Shown: positions 12,351-24,860 of the stretch, in pieces
Layout: each line of letters opens with the position of its first letter
How positions within the stretch are numbered: the first letter of the stretch is position 1
NCBI GenBank assembly: GCA_030390025.1
Contig: CM059429.1
Location: 18,104,001 to 18,168,000, forward strand
DNA length: 64,000 bases
From: Squalus acanthias
Taxonomy: Eukaryota
Direction of reading: 5' to 3'
The notes under the pieces: generated by a model
The model's database searches: none
What the model was told of the DNA's origin: nothing
What the model saw: the letters and a program-made list of their open reading frames with translations, nothing else
Position numbers and translations under genes: made by a program

Positions 12351-13592
12351 ACTTTACAATGAAAAGATAACATCACGCAGATGCCTACTACATATTATAC
12401 ATATAGATGATAGTAGATAGAGAGATAGATACATACAGACAGACATAGGTAGATACATAGGTAGTTGGTTGATACACGGACAATATATATATCACATTTA
12501 AATTCTTTTGATTAAAACATCGCACAAAACATTTAATCAACACAAAAAATTGATAAACCACGACTGTGCACAAATTAATTTTGTATCAGTTTAATGCAAA
12601 TATCCCCTTATGTTATACTTGATGGCTCAAAGATCTATATTTCACAAAAATAGTTATCCTTTGGGGATCCCATGAACTGGAAAATAAACTTTTTTTTACT
12701 CAAATGCAAGTAACGATTTATAATTGAAATATGAACTCTCTCTCTTTCTTTCTCTCGCCATTCCTCACACACACACAAAGACTTAACGAGGGAGTTTAAG
12801 GTTTGTCATAAGCAGTTCTCGAAGACTAGTCGTTTTCTCTTCAGGTTTTTCTGCTATGGGGCCTAGCAAATGGGGATATAACGTGTTGCACAGTAAGGGG
12901 ACTAGGTTGCTATGCAAGATAAATAAAATGGGGTTAATATATTCGTTTCTCCCTCAGAGAAAGCCTAATCTACTATATATTCCAGTAAAGTCGGGACAGC
13001 TGTGAAAAGATATTAATAATCCAATCATCTTTTCCTCAGTTTGCTCTGTTGCACCGCCAGTGACTAAGGCTGTCTGACTTCCTTCACAGCTTATTAAATA
13101 CGTTAGTTTGCTCTCATTCCTTAATTATGTTTTCCCCGAGATCTGGCGCAGAAACCATTGCAGGCCAAAAATAAAAGTAACCATGAAAAGAAAATTAAAA
13201 TAGAGGACAGACATCTTCAGAAAGACGTGGCATCCATTTCTTACATTAACCAAATTCACGTGAAAGACATGGAGAGCAACCGAAAGTTTTTTCGATGAAC
13301 AGTTGAGCCAGAAGTTGAGACAACGGAAGAATAATACTAAAGTCCATAAAAGTTGAGTAATAGTATGGATAGTAATGTTTTTATTTAGTATAATCTACTT
13401 TAGATCAGATTATATTGGCGTGTGATATATTCGCTAGAAAGCGATAAAACTAATGACATGGACTTTTGGGCAATTTCTCAAAGTTTTGGAGTCGCAGATG
13501 GTACAAAAAAGTAATTTTATACCCAAGTTTATAAATTGAATTCATTACGATGGGTAGTTCTTCACCTTTAATTTTTCATTTACTTGTTGCAG

Positions 13593-13716
13593 ATGTCCAC
13601 CCAGTTGCTATAGGTAATCCAGGCAGCCGCAACTCAAAAGCCTGAATATCCTCGTGGAGACATCAAAGCAGAAAAATCTACAAAGAAGTATTTCTTCGCA
13701 ACGGTGAATCTTCATG
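13593..13716 (+). other. zic4: Candidate downstream zic4 exon (alternative terminal exon or cassette)
   Basis: Acceptor ttttcatttacttgttgcAG at 13591-13592 and a consensus donor ATG|GTGAGT at 13716/13717. The first base A completes TGA with the TG preceding the donor at 10801. AATAAA at 13970 if used as a terminal exon. Confidence 0.6.
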
Positions 13717-16700
13717 GTGAGTTAGGATTTCTATGGCAATAGACAAGTCATACTTAAATACTGAAAGCCAAGTCTGGAGCTAGTCCAGTCTTTTCATTAA
13801 GGGCGGAATGTTTACGTCTTAAGAACCATATGTAAGCAAGTTTGTGTGTGTATCTATATGTGTGGGGATATATATATATATATATTTGTTTTACGCTGTT
13901 CAGCTCATTGTTATTTAACTTTAAACCGCAAAGAAAGCCTCACGTGAAGCATGACTTGTACCAAATTCAAATAAAACGTCAAATATAACCCCCAACCTCC
14001 TCCCAAAAAGAAAGAGAGGGCTTGAGTTAGAATGTCAATTAACTTGTTATTTCCCGTTTCTATCTGATATAGTTAATCGGGGAGCGAGTTAAACTTTCTG
14101 TAAACTTTTAAAAGGACTAGGAGATTTTTTTCTCCAAAGAACGAGAGAGAAAATAAAAGACACAAGGACTCTAATCAGACTCGGGCTGTTCAAAGAGCCG
14201 GGTTTTAGAATTCCAAAGTGTGAGTTTTATGGTACATCAGCACCGCACGCTAGGATCGCTATGGTAATGAACGGAGCAATGGCAAACTGCCTTCAAAGGA
14301 GGCACACTCGATTCGAGACACTCTATTAAGATACATTTGCGTTGACCTTTGGTTTCATGCTAGGTTAGTACAGTCAATCTTCACTTCATCATAATCTTTA
14401 ATATTTTGGGGTTGGGACGAATTCTCAGGCGGATTAGGGACGGCCTGAATCGAGCTGGCTTGGCTCCTCGGAGAGGGAGCCCAGCGGGTTCGATCTGGGA
14501 CCTGTGAGCAGATAAGTTGGGGATTCGTCTTTTAGTAATTGTCTTGTTGTTTATTTTATACAAGTACCCAGTGAATGGCGAAAAATAAACACGGTGAAAA
14601 ATAACCAAACAGTCGAGTCCTCTTTAGTGAAAACCCTTGTGGCTGAATAAAAAGGATGGTACAATCTCTATTCAGGGCAGAAGTCTTTGAAGTGGGAGTT
14701 ATTATCTAAGGGATTCTTCCTCGTCGTCTTAACGACGCTGATGAAACGGAAAGCGTTCTTTGTCAGCGATTTGTTCTCCTCTCTGTCAAGCGTTTTCTGT
14801 CCGTTAGTTCTGAACCGTTTCTAAAGAGATAAAAGATGGAAAGACTTGTATTACTACCTTGAGCAGACAGGACAGTGTTAGAACTGTTGCTACATTTTAG
14901 ATTGAACGACAATTGTGCTGATGTTTCTGGCGTACCTGTTCAAATCCATGATCAAACATTAGTGCAGTCCGGAAACTTCAAAATGTATATAACTGTTAGA
15001 ATAACTATTCTAGAAACAGAGCGATGACATAAAGGGTTACTATCTTTGAGTGATGTGAAAAGAGTAATTATTTATGATTTTTCCTGCCGTTTAAGCATGC
15101 ATAAAATGAAAACTTCCTGCATTGAAATCGACCCTCTTATTTTCTTGCAACAGTGTAATATCAACGTTGAGAAACATTCTTTAACAAATCTCGGGTTTTG
15201 TATTTCAAACTCCTGCACGGTCGCCATTTTGTTCAATGCAATTTACTCCAGAATTGTATTAAGCTTTAGTTGCAGTAATCTCTATTACTCCGAGGCATTA
15301 CATTTGCTCTTCTCGTTTTAGTTCCTTTCCTTCCTCTCAATTCTATTAGCAAAGTCGGTTTCTACCATTTTGTCTTCCAGTTCCTTTTTTAAGTTTTAAA
15401 TTGGAGACTGAAAAAAACTTTATTGAACAAAGTGTATTAAAAGTAAATCCAGTCGGCGCAATAACATGGCTTGCGTTGGATATGAAATAAATTAACTCAT
15501 TACACGTCATCCATTTAGTTTACAACTCATTTACAGAATCATTTTGCACAGAGGAGTAAAATCAGCACAATAAATACGGATTTCTTTTCCCTTGCTGTTT
15601 ACTATCCCTGAACGGATTTAGGGCCGAGTTCTCCTGGGTAAATGCACCCCCCCCCCCCCCCCCCCCCGCTCTGCAATCGCTTGTAATGTCTGCATCTTTT
15701 GTTTGCTGTTCACTTTTTGATTATGTAGGTTTTTTTTTCCAAGAACACGGCAAATCGGCACTATACAAGAAGTGCTGGGCATTAGATTGCGCCTGACACC
15801 ACTAAAAAGGAATCTGTTAAAAAGCATTCAACCTGAAACAGATTCTTTCAGCCGTTTTTTTCACAAAACCTTGTTTAACAATATAAGCTAGTTTTAATTA
15901 AACTATTCATAGCTCTATCCCTGTCGCCTTTAAAACTGGCCACAATTCCGTCCTGTTAGTTTCCATGTTAAAGTCCACGCTAGGTTAGACCTAAAGAAAC
16001 AATGGGCATCTAACTTTTAATCATGAATTCTTTCGGGTGGGATTATTATAGCATCGCGTCGCAAATCAATCGTTTCCAAATTTGTGTAAATTGTCAGTGA
16101 AATAAGTTAGCAGCTTACTTCTTTCGTAAATAGCTGCTTCTCGACGTGACAGACAAGTTGCAATTTGCAGGAAAGCAATTTTCTAATGAATTCATTACCA
16201 TGATTACAGAATTTCGTCCAGTATAACCCTCCCCCAAGTCCTGGAAGCATTTTCTTATTTTGCATGGACGTTTGGGGGCCTTAAATTGAAACCTGGGTCT
16301 CAGACAAATAATTCATTATTGTCAATCAAGTCGGAAGGAATTATTGGCAGCTGCATTAAGTACATTGTGGTTCTTAATAAAATATCATAATGGATACAGA
16401 AAATCACATCGAATTGCTGTCAAAAGTGCGAGATATTTATTTTAATCGACAGCCTTACACACTCTTGCTGCATACTGATGACTCTTAAGGTCAGCAAGTT
16501 TTTACAATAGTTACTCAGACAGAGTTTGCTGACAGCAAGTATCTTAATGTAGATGTTAAATGACTGGGGGAGACATTTCCTCGTATAACTATAACTGAAA
16601 CAAAAATTAGGGATTGTATTGCATTATACTATCTTTGTATGAATTGCAACACGTAGCTAACAACTTCAAGATGTAATCTCACTCTATTAAAATATTGTTT

Positions 16701-19700
16701 GATTACATCGTTTAACTCAAATTGTTTTGAGTCATGTGGTATCACGTCGAGTGAGCTGCTTGCCCCAATCAATAAATAGAAAACTAATGGAGCTTTTATA
16801 TGCATATCTTATAAAAGTGTTGCATGCACAAATTTTCTTTTGGCTGGGAACAGTTACACGATAGTGAAATAAATGGCATGTGATGTACCCAGACGCTGGC
16901 AAGGCATTCAGCAACACGATTTTGTTAACAGTCGGTTTTATATCAATCGAATGGTTTTGTCTTGATGGACATATTTTAAAACATAAACGTAGCAGCAACG
17001 ACTAAACAAGTAAAACCATTTTAGTTCACCTGAGCTCCCCGTTTAACATAAAAATCACAGCCCAGCTCTGTAACTCCGTTAAAACACGTCGGAATCTAAA
17101 GTTACACGCATGCGCTCTGTTTTACGATATGGTTGATGGTGAAGTGAGCAAGCAATTTTTCCGGTGACTTAACAATTTTTGTGTCGTCTCTAATTTATGA
17201 ACCTTTAAGGACCATATGGATTCTTAAGTTATCAAAACGGTGAAAATCGAAATCTAATCCCACATTCGCTATATGTTCACACACTTGCTTACTTTGAAAT
17301 TTGTCCAAAATGGTGGCCAGAAAAAATGAAGAGGTGACAACACTTACTAATTAATCCACACGGTGAAAGGCTATAATGCTTGACTGAGGATATGCAGTTA
17401 TTACACTTGACTATAGTCAACAAGAGATGGAAAGGCACGTTGGACAACATGGTGAGAGACGTGTGGCCATCATTAGTGGTTCTTTTATTGACACTGGCTT
17501 TTCTTTCTCATCATTGACAAACCATTTTGGAGGGATTCATCCCCTGTTGCTTCCTATCATCCACCCCATCCAAGCTTCTGGAGAGCATTAATTAACGTCC
17601 ATTCACTGATAAGTCCTGACAACAAAGCAATGCATGTATAAGGACTAGCACCCCGAAACAATACGGAGACCAGAATACAAAACTATGAAGTGGGCAAAAA
17701 GTAATCAACTCATATTTATACCCCGCATCCTGATTTTCTAAGTAATCCTTTTGGTAGTGCAGATTTTCGATTTTGCACGTGAATCCAAAAACACGGTGCC
17801 TTGTTGCCTCGTTTCTAATGACTACTATGCATAAAACGTGACGTCAGAATTTATAAGCTAAACAAAATTTCAGCAACCGATCGGTTAAAGCACAATAACC
17901 GCACACTCGGTAACCTTCTGAGCCAATATCCTTACGATAAGCAGACCGTGCTCTGTCCCCTTCACTGCCCTGCATTTGTACGAATTAGATGAAAGTGATA
18001 TGTGATCGATAATGAATGAGGCATTCTATAAACAGCGATTTTAATTTTACTTTTCCTCCTTAGGTTTCTTAAGCTTTTTTTTTTAGATTGTAACAGCTTC
18101 TTGCGGTGTCGTTATATAACATTTAGTTTGAGGCGTGGATCCGCAGTGTGAACAGTTGAAAAACATCTAATGCTAGATTCACGGACATATCTGGTACAGA
18201 TTTAAAAAAACCTCAACTGTGGCTTAGAATGAATTTCCCAGGGAAAGGCCCACCTCAACTTAAGGCATATAATGTTAATAGAGGAAGAGCCTCTTTGGGA
18301 ATGATAGACATCTATGTCATTTTAGTCAATGCTAGTCTACAGATATCAGATTGCAAGACAAGCAAATTATTGGTCCAACATTTCATGTTCGGTGCGCTCC
18401 AGCTCAACTCTGTTTGATCCTGCCACGTTCATCATCTTATTTTTTTTATCTTCCTTTATATATGGAACAAGATGCGCCTTGCAACTTGGTTAAGAAAAAA
18501 GCCGCCCCAATATAATTTGAGTAATATTGCTTAATAACTCTTGGTTATAGTCAAACTAATAAGAACTAGAAATAACGGAAGATCGCTTCTCAGAAACAAT
18601 ATTTGTCCGAAGCAATCACCCCTGGTAGAGATTCTGACGTCTTCAATGTCACCCACATGACTTGTTAAGACCGTATAGCTTCGGTAAACCTTTGAAGCTG
18701 TGGACCATATGTTGATTTATACAGATCATAATAAACCATGGTAACATCAGATATTATGTGGTGAATGCGGTACCTAAATACGCGAGCTAAAAGCGCGCTA
18801 GCGAGTAAGGACAAAACAAGGCACTGTTTAACTGACTAGTAAACATTGAACTGAGACTCCATAGAATCCAAATGATAGTTAAAATTTATTTACTCTCCCA
18901 AACAGGCAATAAACATTTCAAAATCTTTTAAATAGTTTTTAATTTTACGGCCATTCCAAAAACATAATTAAACACCTGCATCTTAAGACCGCTTTTCAGT
19001 TTTACTTCTATGTAACCTATTTTTATAATAAAGAGGTAAGTCTCAAAGATATCGTGAAATTTACTTTTCTTTTCCTACTTCTGGTGGAATCATTCTTAAG
19101 AAAACGCACCAATAATAGAATGGGCCTTGACATCTGTAAGTCTGTAATCCTGATATTTTTAATATTTGAAGGATTACATTTGCAGTGCATTTAACAAAAT
19201 ATCTAAGCAGTAAAACTCAGTTCTACTCAGTTGATGAACAATAATAATGACATTTTATGTTTTTAGATATTAAAATAAAAAAGGTACGCTGTTAAAATTG
19301 GATAGTTCTCATACAGCTTACATACACTGCCACATACACATTACACGCATATTCTATACATACTGGGATTCCGTGTTACATGATAATAAACATTAAAGCT
19401 AATCTTGTTGGTGTTTACCAGCTGTATCAAGTATAGACCCGATTAGAAGTCACATTTACAGTCCTATTTCTAACAAAACATTGAAACGAACCTTTAAATC
19501 ATGTTCACCGCGACAGATATTTCAGTGGCGCAATTATGAAACGGCACAGTACAATTTAAAATACCCAACATTTCCATTTGGCGTGTGAAACACAGGAAGT
19601 CGAATGAAAACATAGTAAAAATTCTAATAAATCAACCACAAGTAAGGTAGCATTCGCCAAAATGATCTCGACAAATGAATCCAGCGCTGTTTTCTTTTTA

Positions 19701-22692
19701 ACACCTACAAATGTCTTCTGAATTACATTTTCTTTAACTATTGTCAACAAATATTGTGGAAAAGATGTCTGGATAAGCAAATTAGGATAATTGCGGTGGA
19801 GTATTTCTTAAAGGTTCATCCAATGCCACTGATAATTTAACTCAACATTTTTGTTGGTTGGTTTAAGAAAAGGACATTTCTACACTGATACAGATTTTAG
19901 AAAATTACTGTTGTTCTGAAAAACGACATTTAACGTCTTAATACAGATAGACCCAAAATATAGACCTTTAATGTAAAAAAATCCACTGATTACGACTTAG
20001 CTGAAATTATCATCGGTTGTATTATGGTACATGTTTTATAGGTTTTTATTAAATAAATACAATAAAATTATGACCGTCAAATGTTTTGCTCTAGATATAA
20101 TGGTGCAATATAGTTTTTGCAACATGTTAGTTTATAGAAAACTTGGTATGCCCCACAAATATCAAATGACTTTGAAGTCCTTATTCGGGGTATAGAGACA
20201 TAACTGCAATTCAGGTAATGCAAAGGTCGGACGATATACATATGGTGATGTTCATTTTCTAAAGTTGAGATTAATAACGTGTAGTGGTGTTTTCATACGC
20301 CCCAGTATTTCTTATCCCTGCATCTGGTGCTGCTCTACATACATCAATCAAGCGTGCAAACTTCAGCTTTGCAGAAATGACAAATACAGCCAGTCTGGTG
20401 TTTATGCAGCATGTCTTAATCACGAATATATGTCAATATGATTCTTGGTATAATATTACTGCTATGTTATATCTTGTGTGTGTATGGGGGAGTAAAAAAA
20501 AACCCACGTTGCATTCACCGATATTTGCAGGTGTATACTCTGACGTGTATATCGGATGTGTGTGACATTACACGTATATATTTTATATGAAGTATTTGGA
20601 AACAGTCAAAACCATATTATAAATACATATATAATTGTAAATATACCTGCTGTAAGGCAATCAATTGGAGCCTAACTCCATTTTAATAAAATTTGAACGA
20701 GTTACAATATTTTTCTGGACCCGGAATCATATCTGTTGGAAAAGAATTTCAAATGGTTTAATTGTCGTTTTGCCTTTTCCCTTGCTTGCGTTTTTTGGGC
20801 ACAGCAATTGCATTCCGAGAGTTTCAAGCTTACACTTTAGCCTCCATCATATGTGAATTTGGATACACCGATTTATGTATTTTTTTCAATACAAGTTTAT
20901 CAGCATAACATAAGATGATTGGAAAATTGAAGTAATACTGAGTCGTGGGTTCAGTGGCTGAGTAGGAAAGTTCAAATTTATATTTCAATACATGCAGTCA
21001 AATAGTGAAATACCACATTAGAAAAGAAAAAAAAAGCCTGGTTTCTTCATTGCATTTTTAATTACGGCTGCGGGTAAGGAGATTATTGTCATCCTGTGTT
21101 CATAAAAGAATCAAGCTCCCCTTTAGATTTCTAATTTCTGGAAAATAGAGGCTGACCTTTCAGAAGCTGTTATAGAAATACAGAGGTTCATTTGAGTGTG
21201 AAATATCATTTCATTGAAAAATAATGGAGTCGGTAATCCCACTTCCGGAAACTGTCCTGAATTATTTAACAAGACTCCTTTAATAGGGGATTAGTAGGAG
21301 CCTTAGAAAAAAATCTTTGCGTTCTATTCAATGTCTTATTTTATGTTATAATTACTAGATATAAAGATGTACAGATTAGTATGCAGAAATCGTCCTGACA
21401 ACACGCAGGTGCTATTCTAATCATTCAGCTTTCTTAATTAACGAATCATGTAAGAAAATAGAATAATAAAAACATTTCCGTGAAAGCTGAGGAGGTTTTG
21501 TTAGAGACTGTGTGAATGATGCCTTTAACAAGGAGCTGAAGGGTCAGACAGCAATGCACTGACTTACGACCTTTTATGTGGAAACAATCTCCTTTAAGTT
21601 TTAACTTGCAGCTTGTATATTAAGGAGACTCTACTTTTTAGTAAATTGTATCTCTTCTAGATTCAACATAACTTAATCGTCTCAAGTCCGTCGACAAACG
21701 CAAGTTACGTTCTGCTGTCAATGCATTGAAACTAAACAACCCCACTGGGGTGTGTTGCAAGTCGAGATATCTAAAACTGCAGTCTTCAGTATGCATCGCA
21801 CCTCTAGCAAAGTTCAGTATAATTGCCGGAAAATTTTATACATTGCCTTGTCTCATGCTCTCGCTAAAAATATGGACGCCAAACATTCGTATATTAGCCT
21901 TCACTATAAAAGGGAACTGTTAATATTTCCTCTTGACAAGGTTTTGCACGTGACGTGAAATTTTGAGGTGGACACTAGGTATATTTTAGTTATAGTACAG
22001 ATTATATGTACCTGAGATGAATGGAAAATGGGAGAAATAATTGATCACAATGGTTGTTTAAACTCATAACCTTAGCCTTAATAATATATTTATTCCTTTG
22101 TATATTTAGTCTGTTTATTTATTTCATTTTATTTTGGTCTTAGTGTGCAACGATTTTTTTAAATTTAAAAACAAGAACATTTGAAGTTTACTTACATTAC
22201 GTTCAGTCTAGTACTGGTCGTTTTTGGTATTTATTTGCACATATGTGTATATATATATATGATATTTGGATATATATTACATATCTATGTATGTATAATA
22301 GTTTAAATTATAATACAACTTCATTGTGGTACTATTTGAATGATTAATAACATTACCTCAAAAATGCCCCTGAGCAAGCTGTGATCCCTAAATGGTCACA
22401 TGACTCACATACACTCAAGAATGAGAGGATCCATATTTTTCCCAATAATATTGGGACCAATTACAACGAGCAGTTTACTAACTGAAATAACCAGTCGACA
22501 CACGAGTATGCAAGTACAGATCCGATTAAGTAGGATTTATATAATCTCCCTGTTTACTTTTAATTGCTTTTCCCCCCAAACTTGTCGGGCTCCTGCGACC
22601 ACTCATGTGTTTTTATATTCCTTTTTTTTTCATTTGTGCCACTTACCTCGTTCATTCTGACCACTCCCTCCCGTTTCCTTCCTCTTTCTCCA

Positions 22693-22704
<12 letters not shown>

Positions 22705-22726
<22 letters not shown>
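22705..22726 (+). repeat. (CA)n microsatellite
   Basis: About 11 CA units read directly. Confidence 0.85.
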
Positions 22727-24689
22727 GTGTCAATACTCATTTCTAAGATTAGTGCAGCGGGTGTAAATGATAGGTTTCTAAGAAGCGATGCAAAGTACTC
22801 CAGCAGTTTTAGAACACAATAAAAGTATTAGGATATCAGCCGCACTCCAAATGATCACGCGTTAAATTATTTTGCTTTCACGGATGAAGAGGCTTTCTAC
22901 AATGTAAATCAAGCGCCTTCGTTATTAAGTCTGAACACTAATCTCTAACAACCTTTACATAATGTGGCAGAATGTGCCACACTATTTCGCACCTGCACTA
23001 TGAATAGAACCGTCTTTTGAATATAAGACACGCTTGTTGCCCTTCTGTTCCAAAGCAGTTGTCTGAATAAGTCAAGCGTCCTGAATGCCCATACTTGCTT
23101 TTCTGTTCCTCCTTTGATCACAGAAAATTTCTTCTAATTTGTCCTTTTCTTTGTAACAACGTTTCCAAATCTTTTTTTTTAATCACTTTCCAAAACGCAT
23201 TTTGTAAAAAGAACATAAATCGGCAGGAAGACAAAAGTCCTTGGGAAACATTTAAAGTCATTCAGGGTTTTGTAAGGCTGTAGAATACAAGAAAGATTGT
23301 TGCATGTTACTTGACTGAAAGTGATGTTTAAATGAACATAACCTTGAATACCAGTGCCGGGCAGTTTGCGGGGAGAACATTTTCACAAATATCAAACATT
23401 GTTTGGTCAAAGCTGACCCATCCCTTTGTTTTTAATTAATCGGGCTGATTAAAACGGGAGGCTTACAGAAACCCTTGTCTGTACACTCTAAATATTAAGG
23501 GGCTACAGCAGACTTCGCACAACATTATTCGACAATCTGTTTTTAAATTAAACGTCTTAGTGGGCTTTTCTCCTGGACCCTGAAGGAAAGACGCTAAAAT
23601 ATGAAGCAAAATCGCAGCTCACAATCCATTGTTTCCTTAAACTTGTCAGCACATACCCAGAGCGTTTTCAATACTGCCTGCAATTATATTCTCCCAGTAC
23701 CATAGTCGGCATCTGACATTTTATTGTACTCTACACACAGGGAAATACTAAAGGGGTTGTTACATGTTTGATTTGAACACAGATGATTATCTGTTTATTT
23801 CAGTACGTTCAATTTCATGCCAATAAATGTACATAAAGGTTTGCTTTCGAGCGGGGGGGGGGGGGGGGGAAGGGTGCTTCTTTTTTGTAACTAGACTAAC
23901 TAGCAGTTCACCAAGGAAGTTTTTTTCCCCGGAAGGTGTGGCTGTGAAAATCCCTTCAGGATCAGCTGCAATGGAGTGTCCTGGAACTAAACAGCAAGGG
24001 TAACAGGCTGAGTGACCCGGGGCTGTTCGAGGTCAAACGAAAGACCAACTGGAAGGCAACAAAAATCATATTCTAAGTTATGAATAGAAAATGTAGAATT
24101 ATTTACAGGATCAATAATTATGATGTAGAACACATAGAAAAGCCAGGCATTTGTTATAAATGTTCCCTATTTTAATAACCGGCTGTATGTAGATATGTAT
24201 AGATGTAATGGAAAGAAAACCAAAGATTAATGCAACACTCACCACTTTTTGGTTCAATATAAATAACACATTTAAAATGTTATATTCCAACAAATCTGTG
24301 ATAGTCTGATTGTCCAGGCAGAATACTATAAATGATCAGAAAGGTGCTAACAAGAAGCGACCGATTACCTACTTCTATCTCCAAGCGCTGTACACAGATT
24401 GATGCATTTGAAGTATAGTCTATAGGTAATTTGCTCTATTTATATGCTTAGTTTTTGTTTATTTATTTTTTCCTTCAGCCCCACTCTCCTGCAATAATAA
24501 ATGTATTTCCATCTTTTGGAATTCTACCATCACGACCAGGAAATAAACCTATAGAGCAGAAGTCAATATTTGTTTTTTGTGCATCAGGTGTTCAGTTGTC
24601 TCTGGAAAGATATCGCAACTTACTTTCTCAGTTCAGTGTGCAACAACCACGGGGGTCTAATACAACCCAAATAAGGGCGATTGCAGTGG

Positions 24690-24860
24690 AAACAACTCAC
24701 TAAATTAGCGCCACGTCAGTGTATCTCTCGACTTCATTAATATGTAACAGGGCTGCCTGTTAATCTCCTAAACCTGTGTTCTCCCTCTAAAATGGCACTC
24801 TGGGACAAATTGTACATTAGATCAATCACGCCTAATGCAGCAAGGTTTACTGAAGAAAAA
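24690..24860. promoter_or_regulatory. Candidate conserved non-coding element/enhancer
   Basis: Non-repetitive block with homeodomain-type (TAAT/ATTA, ATCAATCA) and bZIP-like (CCACGTCA) motifs. Inferred from motif content only. Confidence 0.3.

Noticed and set aside
14734-14758. Second hammerhead-like motif CTGATGA-AACG-GAAA
   Set aside because: There is no room for stem II and no PLE context, so it is probably a chance match.
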